The notes under the pieces were generated by a model, which saw only the letters and a list, made by a program, of their open reading frames with translations, had not been told where the DNA came from and ran no database searches. From an uncultured Desulfobacterales bacterium (lineage in GTDB: Bacteria; Desulfobacterota; Desulfobacteria; Desulfobacterales; CAJINA01), in assembly GCA_964636125.1 (NCBI GenBank), contig CAZWPX010000003.1, forward strand, positions 35,606-99,605: a stretch of 64,000 nt of DNA. Reading direction: 5' to 3'. The translations under genes were made by a program, and so were the position numbers. Positions 49,731 to 59,504 of the stretch are shown here, in pieces (the first letter of the stretch is position 1; each line of letters opens with the position of its first letter).

Positions 49731-50496
49731 AGCTTGTGATATGGGCGTAGGCACTGTGATTATGGATGGATTCAAAGTTTTCCGCACTCACCGAAAACCA
49801 GGTAATATTATTATCTTGGTTTAGTTTTTCAGCAATGTCACGCACCACATCTTCCACAAATTTCGGATTCTGATAGCCCTTTTCGGTGACACACTTTTCA
49901 TCCACCCGTTTAAGAACGGAAAACACTTCACAAGAAGCGGTCGATTCCACCAGATCAATCATATCTTCCATCCAGATGAATTTTTTAAACCGTGTGCTTA
50001 ACCGCACCTCGCCTCTCTGATTGTGCGCGCCGGAGTCGCTGATTTCCTTGGAACAAGGGCAGACCGATGAGATTGGCACCACCACTTCAGAAATCAGGTC
50101 CACCTTGTTGTCCGGGGCACTAAACCCAGATATCCGACAGGTATAATCCATCAGGCCGGGGGCTTTGCTCACGGGGGCAGATTTTTCGATAAAATAGGGG
50201 AAGGAGACCTCAATGTGGGCCGACGCGGCGTTGAGATGCTTTTTCATCTGGCCGAGAACATCCGAGATACCCTGAAGTGATATTTCAGGACGCAAAAGAT
50301 GCAGGATCTCAACAAAACGGCTCATATGCGTCCCCTTGTATTCGTGGGGCAGATCGACATACATATTGATGGTAGCGACGGTGTTCTGGACAGAATTCTT
50401 CCGGTCCAGAACCGTGATTGGATAACGCAGGTTCTTGATGCCGACTTTGTCAATGGGGATGTTTCGAAAATCCCTCTGGTTTTGTATATCTTTCAT
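49684..50496 (-). CDS. folE2: GTP cyclohydrolase FolE2/MptA family
   Basis: 270 aa. N-terminal pattern DIQNQRDFRNIPIDKVGIKNLRYPI, plus VCPCSKEIS. Confidence 0.85.
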   Translation of the reverse strand: MKDIQNQRDFRNIPIDKVGIKNLRYPITVLDRKNSVQNTVATINMYVDLPHEYKGTHMSRFVEILHLLRPEISLQGISDVLGQMKKHLNAASAHIEVSFPYFIEKSAPVSKAPGLMDYTCRISGFSAPDNKVDLISEVVVPISSVCPCSKEISDSGAHNQRGEVRLSTRFKKFIWMEDMIDLVESTASCEVFSVLKRVDEKCVTEKGYQNPKFVEDVVRDIAEKLNQDNNITWFSVSAENFESIHNHSAYAHITSSKDNHSEAYTLQEPV

Positions 50497-50556
50497 TCGG
50501 ATTATAGTACTCCAAAAGAATTGTGACCGTTGAGTTCAGATGCTTTCACGATTTCA

Positions 50557-51258
50557 TCAGAGCAAATAGTCCAGTTTAACATGCTGCAGGGATCGAAAAA
50601 TATTCCCTCTTATCTTCCTGTTAGACCGGTAGAGCCTGTGGAGCATCTCTTTAACTGCATGCCTTTTTGATTTTTTCGCAGAAGGGCAGGTATTTTCAAA
50701 CACAGGGAATTCCATCATTTGTGAGAATTTCTGAATAATGCCCTCATCCACAAAAGCCAGGGGTCTAATGATAGTGATAGCCCCTTTAAACAGCTCTTGC
50801 TTGGGCAACATGGTACTTATTTCACCGGCATAAAACATGTTCAGAAAGAGGGTTTCAATAATGTCATCCTTGTGGTGACCCAGAGCCACTTTTTTAGCCC
50901 CGATGCTCTCCGCAATTTCAAACAGGCGCTTTCTTCTTAACCGTGAACATAAAAAACAGGGATTCTCCCTGTTTTCCGTACTGTGCGCAACCGGGCCGTT
51001 GTCCGTGTGTTCCACAATCAGCGGAATCCCCAGCCGGGCGCACAGTTTTTCAAGATCCTGGTCAAAACCGTTTTCAAAACCAGGGTCTATATACAGTGCC
51101 GTAAGTTCGTAGTGGATCGGAAGGTGACGCAGCCGGTTTTTGAGGAACCAGGCAAGTGTCAGGCTGTCTTTTCCACCGGAAAGCCCTATGGCGATCTTAT
51201 CACCGTCGGCAATCATCGCGTATTGATGGATGGCCTTGCCGATCCCGCTTTTGATCAC
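50557..51258 (-). CDS. PP-loop ATPase of the TtcA tRNA-thiolation family
   Basis: 233 aa. PP-loop SGGKDS, and Cys motifs CFLCSRLRR and CPS. Confidence 0.8.
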   Translation of the reverse strand: MIKSGIGKAIHQYAMIADGDKIAIGLSGGKDSLTLAWFLKNRLRHLPIHYELTALYIDPGFENGFDQDLEKLCARLGIPLIVEHTDNGPVAHSTENRENPCFLCSRLRRKRLFEIAESIGAKKVALGHHKDDIIETLFLNMFYAGEISTMLPKQELFKGAITIIRPLAFVDEGIIQKFSQMMEFPVFENTCPSAKKSKRHAVKEMLHRLYRSNRKIRGNIFRSLQHVKLDYLL

Positions 51259-51274
51259 CTTGTAAGAACGGGCT

Positions 51275-51496
51275 CTATTCCACTGTGGCGGGATGGTCTT
51301 TTTCCTCCGGCAGTTTCAACTCTACTTTCCCTGCGGCGATTTCCCGCAAAGAAACAACGATATCTTCATTCTTGGGGGAATTTACCAGATAATCAGATCC
51401 TTCCCGAATCTGCCGGACTCTTTTGGAAACCATATTGACCAACATGAATCTATTGGGTACCTTTTTCAGGCAATCTTCAACTGTAACTCGCGCCAT
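51275..51496 (-). CDS. rpoZ: RNA polymerase omega subunit
   Basis: 73 aa. [39 protein letters not shown]. Confidence 0.9.
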   Translation of the reverse strand: MARVTVEDCLKKVPNRFMLVNMVSKRVRQIREGSDYLVNSPKNEDIVVSLREIAAGKVELKLPEEKDHPATVE

Positions 51497-51558
51497 GGGC
51501 GTCCTCCCTTTATTGTGCAGCCGTCTGACAGGCAGCTTTTCGATTATTAGCGTATACC

Positions 51559-52026
51559 TTAAAGGATTTCAACCAGTTCGTAGTATCTTTTACCACCAGG
51601 GGCCTGCAAGGTGATTTCATCTCCCGGAACTTTGCCCAGCATGGCCTTGCCCAGGGGCGATGATACGGATATCATACCCTTATCAATATCGGACTCATCC
51701 GGGCCGACTATCTGATACTCAACACTTTCTTCCGTGTCAACGTTTTCCAGGATAACCCGACTTGCGAACACAACCTTTTCCCGCGATAGGGTTTCCGGAT
51801 CTATTACATCCGCGTTGGAAATTTTATACGACAGTTCATTTATGCGCCCTTCCAAAAAACCCTGGCGATCTTTGGCTGCATCAAATTCGGCATTTTCCGA
51901 CAGGTCGCCGTGGGCGCGGGCTTCTTCTATCGCCTTGATGTTTTCAGGTCGTTCAACGGTTTTCAGCCGCTCAAGTTCTTTCTTGAGTTTTTCCCACCCT
52001 TGCCGGGTTATCGGAATCCTATCCAC
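51559..52026 (-). CDS. greA: Transcription elongation factor GreA
   Basis: 155 aa. [17 protein letters not shown] ... [15 protein letters not shown] ... [14 protein letters not shown]. Confidence 0.95.
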   Translation of the reverse strand: MDRIPITRQGWEKLKKELERLKTVERPENIKAIEEARAHGDLSENAEFDAAKDRQGFLEGRINELSYKISNADVIDPETLSREKVVFASRVILENVDTEESVEYQIVGPDESDIDKGMISVSSPLGKAMLGKVPGDEITLQAPGGKRYYELVEIL

Positions 52027-52057
52027 TCCATTTATCTCCTTTTACTTTGTGCACTCA

Positions 52058-52096
52058 ATAAAAAACAACGGAGCAGGTGCTGTGTCGCCTGCTCCG
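52058..52096 (-). terminator. Rho-independent terminator downstream of psd
   Basis: The minus strand has a 9-bp stem cggagcagg/cctgctccg (52069-52096) followed by TTGTTTTTTATT (52058-52068). Confidence 0.6.
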
Positions 52097-52169
52097 ATAA
52101 GACATCACATCTTATTCAGGACGCCCGGCCCGATTTAGAATCTGGTCGGCCATTGGTAAAGGGCGTCTA

Positions 52170-52826
52170 TTAAATAAGGGTCCCGAGGATGCTGGTTCCC
52201 GCTTTAACCTTCTGCCCGCGGGCCACCTGGATGCGAACCCGCTCAGGCAGATAGACATCCAGCCGTGATCCAAAGCAGATCATCCCAAAACGGTCTCCTT
52301 TGAACACCCGGTCCCCGGAATCAAGGTTGCAGATAATGCGCCGGGCAATCAACCCCGCAATCTGGACAAAACAGATTTTTTTTCCCCTGTCAGTCACCAG
52401 GGTAACAGCATTATGCTCGTTATCCCGGGACGCTTTGTCAAGGTTGGCTGAAAAAAACTTCCCGGGATTGTAACTGACTCCTGAAATGGTACCGCTACAG
52501 GGGATCCGATTGATATGGACATTGAAAACAGACATGAAGATACTGATCTTATTGCATCTTTCATGGTAATAGGGACTTCTCTCCAGTTGCTCTACCTTGA
52601 TGATTTTACCATCTGCCGGACTGATAACCGCTCCATTTACATCCGGGGCAGCTCTTTCCGGGTCTCTGAAAAACCAGCCGATGAACCCGGCCGCCAGTAC
52701 GCCGATAAGGGCGATCTGGCCCATCCCGGCTACCATGAACGCAACCGTAACAATCCCGGTTGCAATCAGAAAGGCTATTCCCGGTCGAGCAATTCGAATG
52801 GATTTAAGGCTTACAGGGTTTCGCAT
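52170..52826 (-). CDS. psd: Phosphatidylserine decarboxylase proenzyme (short form)
   Basis: 218 aa. N-terminal TM segments and the self-cleavage region GMICFGSRLDVYLP. Confidence 0.85.
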   Translation of the reverse strand: MRNPVSLKSIRIARPGIAFLIATGIVTVAFMVAGMGQIALIGVLAAGFIGWFFRDPERAAPDVNGAVISPADGKIIKVEQLERSPYYHERCNKISIFMSVFNVHINRIPCSGTISGVSYNPGKFFSANLDKASRDNEHNAVTLVTDRGKKICFVQIAGLIARRIICNLDSGDRVFKGDRFGMICFGSRLDVYLPERVRIQVARGQKVKAGTSILGTLI

Positions 52827-52990
52827 GGCATTATCCCCACCACATTTTCAGGGCATTTCTGCAGTTGCTGTCGGCCCGGCAGCCAGCCGATCAGTTCGTA
52901 CCTGTCAACCGCTCCTCCGAGCGGGTTTATTTTAATATGTAAAATTATATGTTTTGTCAATACTTACCGTAATTTATTCGACTTACCAAT

Positions 52991-53707
52991 TTATTTGTTT
53001 CCGGCCAGCCCTGTGTCCCCTACCGATAGGTTTTTGCTTTTCTGCGCATCTGGCCTGCGGATGTAATTTGGCACCAGCCTGTCGGCAGGGGCATAATGAT
53101 CAACCTGCAGTTTCGCAAGGCCCATCCGGGCAACAGTTGCAGCCCGTAAATAACTTGCTTCCGGTTCCGCAAAGCGAGCGGTCTGTGCAGTAGATTCCCA
53201 TATGAGATCGTGATAGGCCGCGGCACCGTTGCCGATGAAGAGGCAGTCGCCGGTTATGGTCTCCAGGGCCTCACGGGGTGCCATGGCACGCTCGCTTGAA
53301 ATTTTTTTAAGCTTTTGATTTTTTACCGCATATAAAGCGGTGTACACTTCGCCCCGCCGGGCATCAAGCATGGCGCAGACGCTCCCGGCCTTAATTGCAG
53401 CCTGTTGTGACAGGGCATCCAGGCTGGAAACACCCACAACCGGTTTCCCGGTGGCGGCCGCCAGCCCTTTAATCAGTGCCAGGCCAATTCTAAGACCCGT
53501 GAAAGTTCCCGGACCGGTATCCACGGCAAAAGCATCTACGGCTTCTAACTTGACGGCCGCCAGCTGCAACAGGGCCGCTACCATGTCCGCCAAATGTCTG
53601 GAATGGGTCCGGCCGCGCATAAAACTCAATTCGGCAATGGTGCCTTCGGCATCTGCCAGGGCCACACTACAGGTATTTGTGGCGGTATCTACCGCGAGGA
53701 TTTTCAT
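52991..53707 (-). CDS. tsaB: tRNA t6A biosynthesis protein TsaB (YeaZ)
   Basis: From the ATG at 53707: MKILAVDTATNTCSVALA...DTGPGTFTGLRIG. The longer ORF-track N-terminus overlaps lon. Confidence 0.85.
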   Translation of the reverse strand: MKILAVDTATNTCSVALADAEGTIAELSFMRGRTHSRHLADMVAALLQLAAVKLEAVDAFAVDTGPGTFTGLRIGLALIKGLAAATGKPVVGVSSLDALSQQAAIKAGSVCAMLDARRGEVYTALYAVKNQKLKKISSERAMAPREALETITGDCLFIGNGAAAYHDLIWESTAQTARFAEPEASYLRAATVARMGLAKLQVDHYAPADRLVPNYIRRPDAQKSKNLSVGDTGLAGNK

Positions 53708-53717
53708 GTGGGCAGCA

Positions 53718-56126
53718 TCATTTTTTATCAGGTGTCGATGGATCATGGTCCTTTTCTTGTAGCAGAGCCAGGGGCACGACCTCATCCATGTTTTGCACTG
53801 TGATAAAACGAATTTTTCTTTTCACATTGGCCGGAATCTTGACCAGGTCCCGTTTGTTTTTTTCGGGTAGTACAATGGTTTTAATACCGGCCCGCAGGGC
53901 TCCCAGGGCTTTTTCTTTCAAGCCTCCGATGGGCAATACCCGACCGCGCAGGGTGATCTCGCCGGTCATGGCCACATCTTTGTTCACCGGGGTATCCGTC
54001 AACACCGAGATCAGGGCCGTGGCAATGGCAATTCCGGCCGAGGGGCCATCCTTGGGTGTGGCGCCCGCCGGGACATGGATGTGAATATCCACATTCTCAA
54101 GCAGGTTTTTGTCAATATTGTATTTTTCCAGGTTGGCCCGGGTGTAACTGAGTGCCGCCCGGGCAGATTCCTGCATCACATCACCCAATTGGCCGGTTAC
54201 AATCAGTTCGCCTTTCCCACCTATCAAAGTGGCTTCAATATAGAGCGCTTCTCCGCCGAAGGGCGTCCAGGCCAAACCAGTGGAGAGTCCCACCTGGCTG
54301 ACTTCCTTGTCCATTTCGGGTATGAATATGGGCGCTCCCAGGTATTTATGTAAATTGGTCCGGGTAATGGCGAAGGTCCCTTTTTCACCCTCGGCTACTT
54401 TCCGGGCAACTTTTCGGCATACCTGGCCGATGGTTCTTTCAAGATTTCTCAGCCCGGCTTCAAGGGTATACTCATCAATAATTGTTCGCAGGGCGCCCGG
54501 GCTGATTGAGAGTCCCTTCGGCTTTATCCCGTTTTCCTTTTTCTGACGGGGAATGAGAAAGGCGGCGGCAATTTTCTCTTTTTCCTCCTGGGTGTAACCC
54601 GATAAGGAAATAACCTCCATTCTATCCAGAAGAGCTGAGGGGATGGTGTCGGTCATATTGGCGGTGAGGATAAAGATCACTCCAGAAAGGTCAAAGGGCA
54701 GATTCAGGTAATGATCGCTGAACTCTGCATTCTGTTCGGGATCCAGGGCTTCCAGCAGCGCCGAAGAGGGGTCGCCACGGAAATCGGACCCGAGTTTGTC
54801 AATTTCATCCATCATAAAAATCGGATTGTTCGTGCCACTCTGTTTCAAGCCCTGTATGATCCTCCCCGGCAGCGCCCCGATGTACGTCCGGCGATGGCCG
54901 CGAATCTCAGCCTCATCCCGGATACCGCCCAGTGAAATACGGACATATTTCCGCTTCATGGCCCGGGCAATGGCCTGCCCCAGAGAGGTTTTTCCCACAC
55001 CCGGAGGGCCCACGAAGCAGAGGATCGGCCCCTTCATTTTAGGATTCAGCTTTTTAACACTTAAATACTCGAGAATACGGTCTTTTATCTTATCGAGTCC
55101 ATAATGATCTTTGTCCAACACCGCCTTGGCCCGGGGAATGTTAATGCCCCCTTTGGAAGACTTGCTCCAGGGCAGTTCCACAAGCCAGTCCAGATACGTC
55201 CGCACCACCGACGATTCGGCCGAGTCAGGGTGCATCTGTTCGAGCCGTTTGAGCTGTTTGCCCGCCTCTTCCTTTACTTTTTTGGGCATGCGGGCCTTTT
55301 TAATTTTGGCCTTATATTCTTTTATTTCCTGGGCTTTTTCATCGCTTTCACCGAGTTCACGATGAATGGCCCGCACCTGTTCGCGTAAAAAATAATCCCG
55401 TTGGTTCTTGGATATCTCATCGCGCACGTCCGACTGGATTTTCGCCTGCATGGAGGAGAGTTCCACCTCTTTTGACAGGATATCATTAATTTTACCCAGT
55501 CTCTCCAGAGAATCGAAGGTTTCCAGAAGATTCTGGGCGTCCTCAATGCGCATTTTCAAATTCGAAGCCACGAGGTCCGCAAGTTTTCCCGGATCCTCAA
55601 TGCTTTCGAGTATTGCGCCGATTTCGTTGGTCAGTTCACCTCTGAGAGCCAGGATTTTTTCAGACTGTTCTCTCACGTTGCGCATGAGGGCTTCAGTCTT
55701 GACACTGATTGCGGCAACCGGTTCCTCCACCACGATTTCAACATCAACTTTAAATAGAGATCGTCTCCGGACATACTTCTTGATTCGGGCCTTGGCCACA
55801 CCCTGGACCAGAGCCTTCACCCTGCCGTCGGGGAGTTTGAGCATCCGCAGGATGCGGCACACTGTCCCCACTTTATAAATGTCATCCGTAGAAGGATTTT
55901 CAATGCCCGGATCTCTCTGGGTAGACAGCATCATGATACTGTCCTTTTCCACGGCAATTTCCACGGCATTGATCGATTTGTCCCGACCGACAAAAAGCGG
56001 CATCAGCATATCTGTAAAAATCACCACATCCCTGACCGGCATCAGCGGCATGGTCGCCGGCAGCTCTTCGTTGAATTCTTCATCGTCGATGATGCTTATC
56101 AAATCGTCCTTGTCAGTTTCAGCCAT
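53718..56126 (-). CDS. lon: ATP-dependent Lon protease
   Basis: The ATG at 56126 follows GGGAGA. Contains a LON N-domain, Walker A GPPGVGKTS, and the catalytic PKDGPSAG serine and K sites. The 61 extra codons in the ORF track are unlikely to be real. Confidence 0.95.
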   Translation of the reverse strand: MAETDKDDLISIIDDEEFNEELPATMPLMPVRDVVIFTDMLMPLFVGRDKSINAVEIAVEKDSIMMLSTQRDPGIENPSTDDIYKVGTVCRILRMLKLPDGRVKALVQGVAKARIKKYVRRRSLFKVDVEIVVEEPVAAISVKTEALMRNVREQSEKILALRGELTNEIGAILESIEDPGKLADLVASNLKMRIEDAQNLLETFDSLERLGKINDILSKEVELSSMQAKIQSDVRDEISKNQRDYFLREQVRAIHRELGESDEKAQEIKEYKAKIKKARMPKKVKEEAGKQLKRLEQMHPDSAESSVVRTYLDWLVELPWSKSSKGGINIPRAKAVLDKDHYGLDKIKDRILEYLSVKKLNPKMKGPILCFVGPPGVGKTSLGQAIARAMKRKYVRISLGGIRDEAEIRGHRRTYIGALPGRIIQGLKQSGTNNPIFMMDEIDKLGSDFRGDPSSALLEALDPEQNAEFSDHYLNLPFDLSGVIFILTANMTDTIPSALLDRMEVISLSGYTQEEKEKIAAAFLIPRQKKENGIKPKGLSISPGALRTIIDEYTLEAGLRNLERTIGQVCRKVARKVAEGEKGTFAITRTNLHKYLGAPIFIPEMDKEVSQVGLSTGLAWTPFGGEALYIEATLIGGKGELIVTGQLGDVMQESARAALSYTRANLEKYNIDKNLLENVDIHIHVPAGATPKDGPSAGIAIATALISVLTDTPVNKDVAMTGEITLRGRVLPIGGLKEKALGALRAGIKTIVLPEKNKRDLVKIPANVKRKIRFITVQNMDEVVPLALLQEKDHDPSTPDKK

Positions 56127-56385
56127 CTTATCTCCCGTGCATCTCCTGATGCTATGCGCTCCGGCAAATCCGGAGGGATATATACAAATTGCTGCAGCGG
56201 TCTCATTAACAGGATCATGCCCGCATACGCTCAAACCCGGGCCGGCGTGTGAACGGCTGCCACCGCTGCCCCAATGGCATCCGGTATAATCCATGCTGTC
56301 TACAAACACCGAATATAAGACGGGTTTTGTTTTTTACAATATCTATATTGATTTATTTCAATAAAACGCATATTTTACGAAACCA

Positions 56386-57198
56386 TTGGATGCAACCCCC
56401 AGCAGATTGGAATCAGCGATGCTGTTAACTGTTCTGGATATCTATATATTCCTGGTGGCACTGTGTGTTGGCAGTTTTCTGAATGTGTGCATCTACAGGC
56501 TCCCGGATCCAGAAAAATCAATTGTTTTTCCGGGATCAAAATGCCCGACCTGTGATACCCCCTTGCATTTTTATGACAATATCCCCGTTTTCAGCTATTT
56601 ACTGCTTGCCGGCAAATGCCGGGCCTGCAAGTCTAAAATCTCACCGCGTTATCTCATCGTGGAACTACTGTCCGGTTTGGCCGCCCTGGCGGTCATTTTC
56701 AGGTTTGGATATACCCTGGAGGGTTTGGTCGTATACCTTTTTATCGCGGTCATGATTTTGGTCACTTTTATCGATATTGATCACCAGAAAATCCTTGACA
56801 TCATCACGCTGCCTGGAATCGGGTTCTGTTTTCTGGGGTCATTTTTCCTCGAATCGGTCACCTGGCAGGCGTCTCTCATCGGCATCATAGTCGGCGGCGG
56901 CAGCCTCTACGTGGTGGCAAAGACATATCTGCTATTAACAGGCAAAATGGGTATGGGCGGTGGTGATATCAAGCTTCTGGCAATGATTGGCGGCCTGACC
57001 GGCTGGAAGGGGGTCCTCTTTACTATTTTTGCCGGTTCTGCGACCGGAACGGTTGCCGGTGTGCTCCTGATTGCGGCCGGAAGATTTTCCAATTTAAGGT
57101 TGAAAATTCCCTTTGGACCCTTTCTGGCCATGGGCGCCGTTACTTACCTTTTTTATGGTGAGCCTTTGTTTTATTGGTACATCAACCTTTTCAGGTGA
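56386..57198 (+). CDS. pilD: Prepilin peptidase / N-methyltransferase (peptidase A24)
   Basis: Zn-finger-like CPTCDTPL...CRACKSKI, and the conserved Asp motifs IDIDHQ and GGGDIKLL. The start is either the TTG at 56386 or the ATG at 56419. Confidence 0.85.
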   Translation: MDATPSRLESAMLLTVLDIYIFLVALCVGSFLNVCIYRLPDPEKSIVFPGSKCPTCDTPLHFYDNIPVFSYLLLAGKCRACKSKISPRYLIVELLSGLAALAVIFRFGYTLEGLVVYLFIAVMILVTFIDIDHQKILDIITLPGIGFCFLGSFFLESVTWQASLIGIIVGGGSLYVVAKTYLLLTGKMGMGGGDIKLLAMIGGLTGWKGVLFTIFAGSATGTVAGVLLIAAGRFSNLRLKIPFGPFLAMGAVTYLFYGEPLFYWYINLFR

Positions 57199-57539
57199 CA
57201 GTGCCCACCAGGCATCTACTACCAAGTGTAGTTCCCATCAGTGACATCAGGCGCCCATGAAACGATCTCAAAATCCCGGACCGATTTTTAATAGCACTCT
57301 ATTTGGTATTGATCTCATAGTATGGATATGATAGGAAAATTACTGAACATTTGGACATTCCAGAAATTTCCCCGAATCACCGGGCCATGTTCAACGGAAG
57401 GTGTGACTCCCAATCAGGTTACCCTTTCATTTAGGAACTGTTATTTCCATCAGGTAGCGATTTACAACATTAATCATCAGGGGAAAATTTTCAGCAAAAT
57501 TAAGATGTAACAGACCATCACAAGCCGCGTGGCCCCCCC

Positions 57540-57555
57540 GGTGCGCGGCGGATTC
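57540..57555 (+). promoter_or_regulatory. Weak sigma54-like -24/-12 match upstream of the Roadblock/GTPase cluster
   Basis: TGGCCCCCCCGGTGCG has GG and GC at the canonical 12-nt register. The interior is poor (GTGC instead of TTGC). It lies about 40 nt upstream of the 57593 start. Confidence 0.2.
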
Positions 57556-57592
57556 CGTTTTCCCCGCCACACATTGCGAAAGGTGAAAATCG

Positions 57593-57985
57593 TTGGACTA
57601 CACTGTAGATCTAGACAAAAAACAGTTTGAGAGTATTGAGGGAATCCTGTCGGAAGAGCTGATTGAGTTGGGCGTCAGGTGTGTCCTCCTCATAGATCTG
57701 GCCGGAAATATTATCGTGAACCTGGATGATGGCGATCTGGAACACGATATTTATTCACTGGCTGCTCTGGCCGCTGGAAACTTCGGCGCGGTAAGTGCCA
57801 TGGCAAAAATTGTGGGTGAAGAGGATTTTTCCCTTCTGTTCCACAAGGGTGAGAGTGAAAGTATCCATTTCAGTAAGATCGACGACGAGCTGCTGCTCGT
57901 CACGATTTTTGGAAAAGATGTGTCGCTCGGGTTTCTGCGTTTGAAGGTGACTGAAGCCACCAAGAAGATTAAAGCGATTCTGTAG
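57593..57985 (+). CDS. mglB: Roadblock/LC7-domain protein, MglB-like
   Basis: 130 aa. TTG start with AAAGGTGA upstream. Pattern LGVRCVLLIDLAGNII...LAALAAGNFGAVSAMAK...LLVTIFG. It lies directly upstream of the MglA-type GTPase, as in mglBA operons. Confidence 0.65.
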   Translation: MDYTVDLDKKQFESIEGILSEELIELGVRCVLLIDLAGNIIVNLDDGDLEHDIYSLAALAAGNFGAVSAMAKIVGEEDFSLLFHKGESESIHFSKIDDELLLVTIFGKDVSLGFLRLKVTEATKKIKAIL

Positions 57986-58038
57986 CAGCGCTTTCTATAA
58001 CTGATTTCCGGATACTGATAACGATAGAGGTATGACCA

Positions 58039-58653
58039 TTGGCATTGATCAATCCCAAAAAAAAAGAGGTCCAGGTTAAACTCGTTTACTACGGGCCTGG
58101 GCGTGGCGGTAAAACCACAAATCTAGAATACATTTTCAGCAAATTCCGCAAACGGATAAAGGGCAACCTCACCACGGTCAAAACCTATGGTGACCGGACC
58201 CTCTTCTTTGACTTTATGCCCATGGAAATAGGTGTAATCAAAGGGTATAATATAAAAATGCAGTTTTATACCGTCCCGGGTCAGGTGAAATACAGCGCTA
58301 CCCGGCGTCTGGTGCTCAGAGGCGTAGACGGTATTGTCTTTGTGGCCGACTCCATGGCCTTGCGGCAGAAAATGAACATCATATCCCTGAAAGACCTGCA
58401 GGACAATCTGGCTACCTTTGACAAGAGCATTTTTAAGATCCCGCTTGTTATTCAGTACAATAAAAGGGATCTGGCTGATGAAGGCATCCCGATATTACCG
58501 GTGGAAACGCTTGATCACGATCTCAACCGGAAACTGAAAGTCCCCAGCATTGCGGCGAGCGCGATTACAGGTGAAAACGTCGTTGAAACAATGAAAAAAG
58601 CCATCTCAATTACGGTTGCATCGCTTGAGAAACGGTTGGACATAGGGGGGTAA
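58039..58653 (+). CDS. mglA: MglA-family Ras-like small GTPase
   Basis: 204 aa. TTG start 8 nt after GAGG. P-loop GPGRGGKTT (58093-58119), DRTLFFDF with Arg at position 53, YTVPGQ (Thr78 in place of the Ras DxxG Asp, Gln82), and NKRD. Confidence 0.8.
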   Translation: MALINPKKKEVQVKLVYYGPGRGGKTTNLEYIFSKFRKRIKGNLTTVKTYGDRTLFFDFMPMEIGVIKGYNIKMQFYTVPGQVKYSATRRLVLRGVDGIVFVADSMALRQKMNIISLKDLQDNLATFDKSIFKIPLVIQYNKRDLADEGIPILPVETLDHDLNRKLKVPSIAASAITGENVVETMKKAISITVASLEKRLDIGG

Positions 58654-58657
58654 TACC

Positions 58658-59416
58658 TTGAGTAAAAACAAGGGTGAACTAACTTCAGAACTCAACAGCA
58701 GGCTTGATAACCTATTCAGTGAAGAGGATGATTTCGATGACGAGGCGCCGGCCGTTCCCGCAGCCGACGTTGAAGATGTGGTCGAATCCAGCGACCTCGC
58801 AGAACAGGGTGTTCAGGCTACCCCTGAACCCGCGATGGCCGCCGAACCCGATTTGAATAAATCCCCGCTGATCGAGTTGGATGCGATTGTGCTTTCTCTT
58901 GATTGGGAGATTACGGATGAGAACCTTGACAAACTGCTGGCTGAGATAGAGCGCCTCAAGCAAATATATAAAGATGCGCGCCTGCCCTACATGTTTCTGC
59001 AATTACACGGCTCCGTGGGCAAATACATCGCCAGCAAGAAAGTAGATGCGCACCCCGATTCTATAAAACTGCTGCACTCCGTTCATATGGGGCTTGAGAA
59101 AATCTTGCTGAAACCCGGTATGAATGAAACGGAAAAGAAAAAAATTCTTTCCGAGGAGGTTAAAAAATTCAAAGGCCTCAAGCACCAGATAATGCTCACC
59201 AAAAGTATGGATGAAGATAACATCGAGGCAGAACCGGTCAAAAAGACCCTGGCTGCCGCCACCCCCACCCCGCCGCCTGCCAAACCGGCAGATCGCCCGG
59301 AAGATGGCGTCGCGCTTGCAAATCAGCCTTTAATTGATGAAATCAAACAAGTCATTCGAGCAGAGTTCAAGGAGTTGAAAGCTGAAATCATGTCCTGGAA
59401 ACAGGGACAGGCGTAA
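58658..59416 (+). CDS. Hypothetical acidic protein with a Pro/Ala-rich linker (no recognised family)
   Basis: 252 aa. TTG start 4 nt after the GTPase stop. Very acidic N-terminus (SEEDDFDDE), a central helical region (LDWEITDENLDKLLAEIERLK), PTPPPAKPADRP, and an amphipathic C-terminal helix. Confidence 0.55.
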   Translation: MSKNKGELTSELNSRLDNLFSEEDDFDDEAPAVPAADVEDVVESSDLAEQGVQATPEPAMAAEPDLNKSPLIELDAIVLSLDWEITDENLDKLLAEIERLKQIYKDARLPYMFLQLHGSVGKYIASKKVDAHPDSIKLLHSVHMGLEKILLKPGMNETEKKKILSEEVKKFKGLKHQIMLTKSMDEDNIEAEPVKKTLAAATPTPPPAKPADRPEDGVALANQPLIDEIKQVIRAEFKELKAEIMSWKQGQA

Positions 59417-59504
59417 AGCAGACATCGAACGGACAGGATCTGGACAGACCGGCTTCACGACAGCATGATGCCGGCTTACAGGCAAACACTCTGGAGGAGA
59501 ACAG

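Noticed and set aside
56285-56295. Perfect TATAAT at about 56288-56293 upstream of pilD, considered as a promoter.
   Set aside because: No acceptable -35 hexamer or extended -10 TG is at the right spacing, so I did not call it.
56127-56309. 61-codon N-terminal extension of lon in the ORF track. Similar upstream extensions exist for tsaB, sixA, usp, the TorD-like gene, the DUF151 gene and the 18583 membrane protein.
   Set aside because: The internal ATG or GTG codons have clear Shine-Dalgarno sequences and give N-termini matching the family consensus. The extensions overlap neighbouring genes or lack an RBS.
57322-57510. 62-aa ORF in the pilD-to-Roadblock intergenic region.
   Set aside because: It has no Shine-Dalgarno sequence, an AT-rich non-coding-like composition, and no recognisable motif. 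I treat it as part of the regulatory gap.
58057-58065. A9 homopolymer at codons 7-9 of the MglA-like gene, considered as a slipped-strand phase-variation switch.
   Set aside because: It encodes Lys-Lys-Lys in frame in a variable N-terminal tail. Nine A's is borderline for a slippage tract. There is no evidence for an alternative frame product or population heterogeneity from a single sequence.
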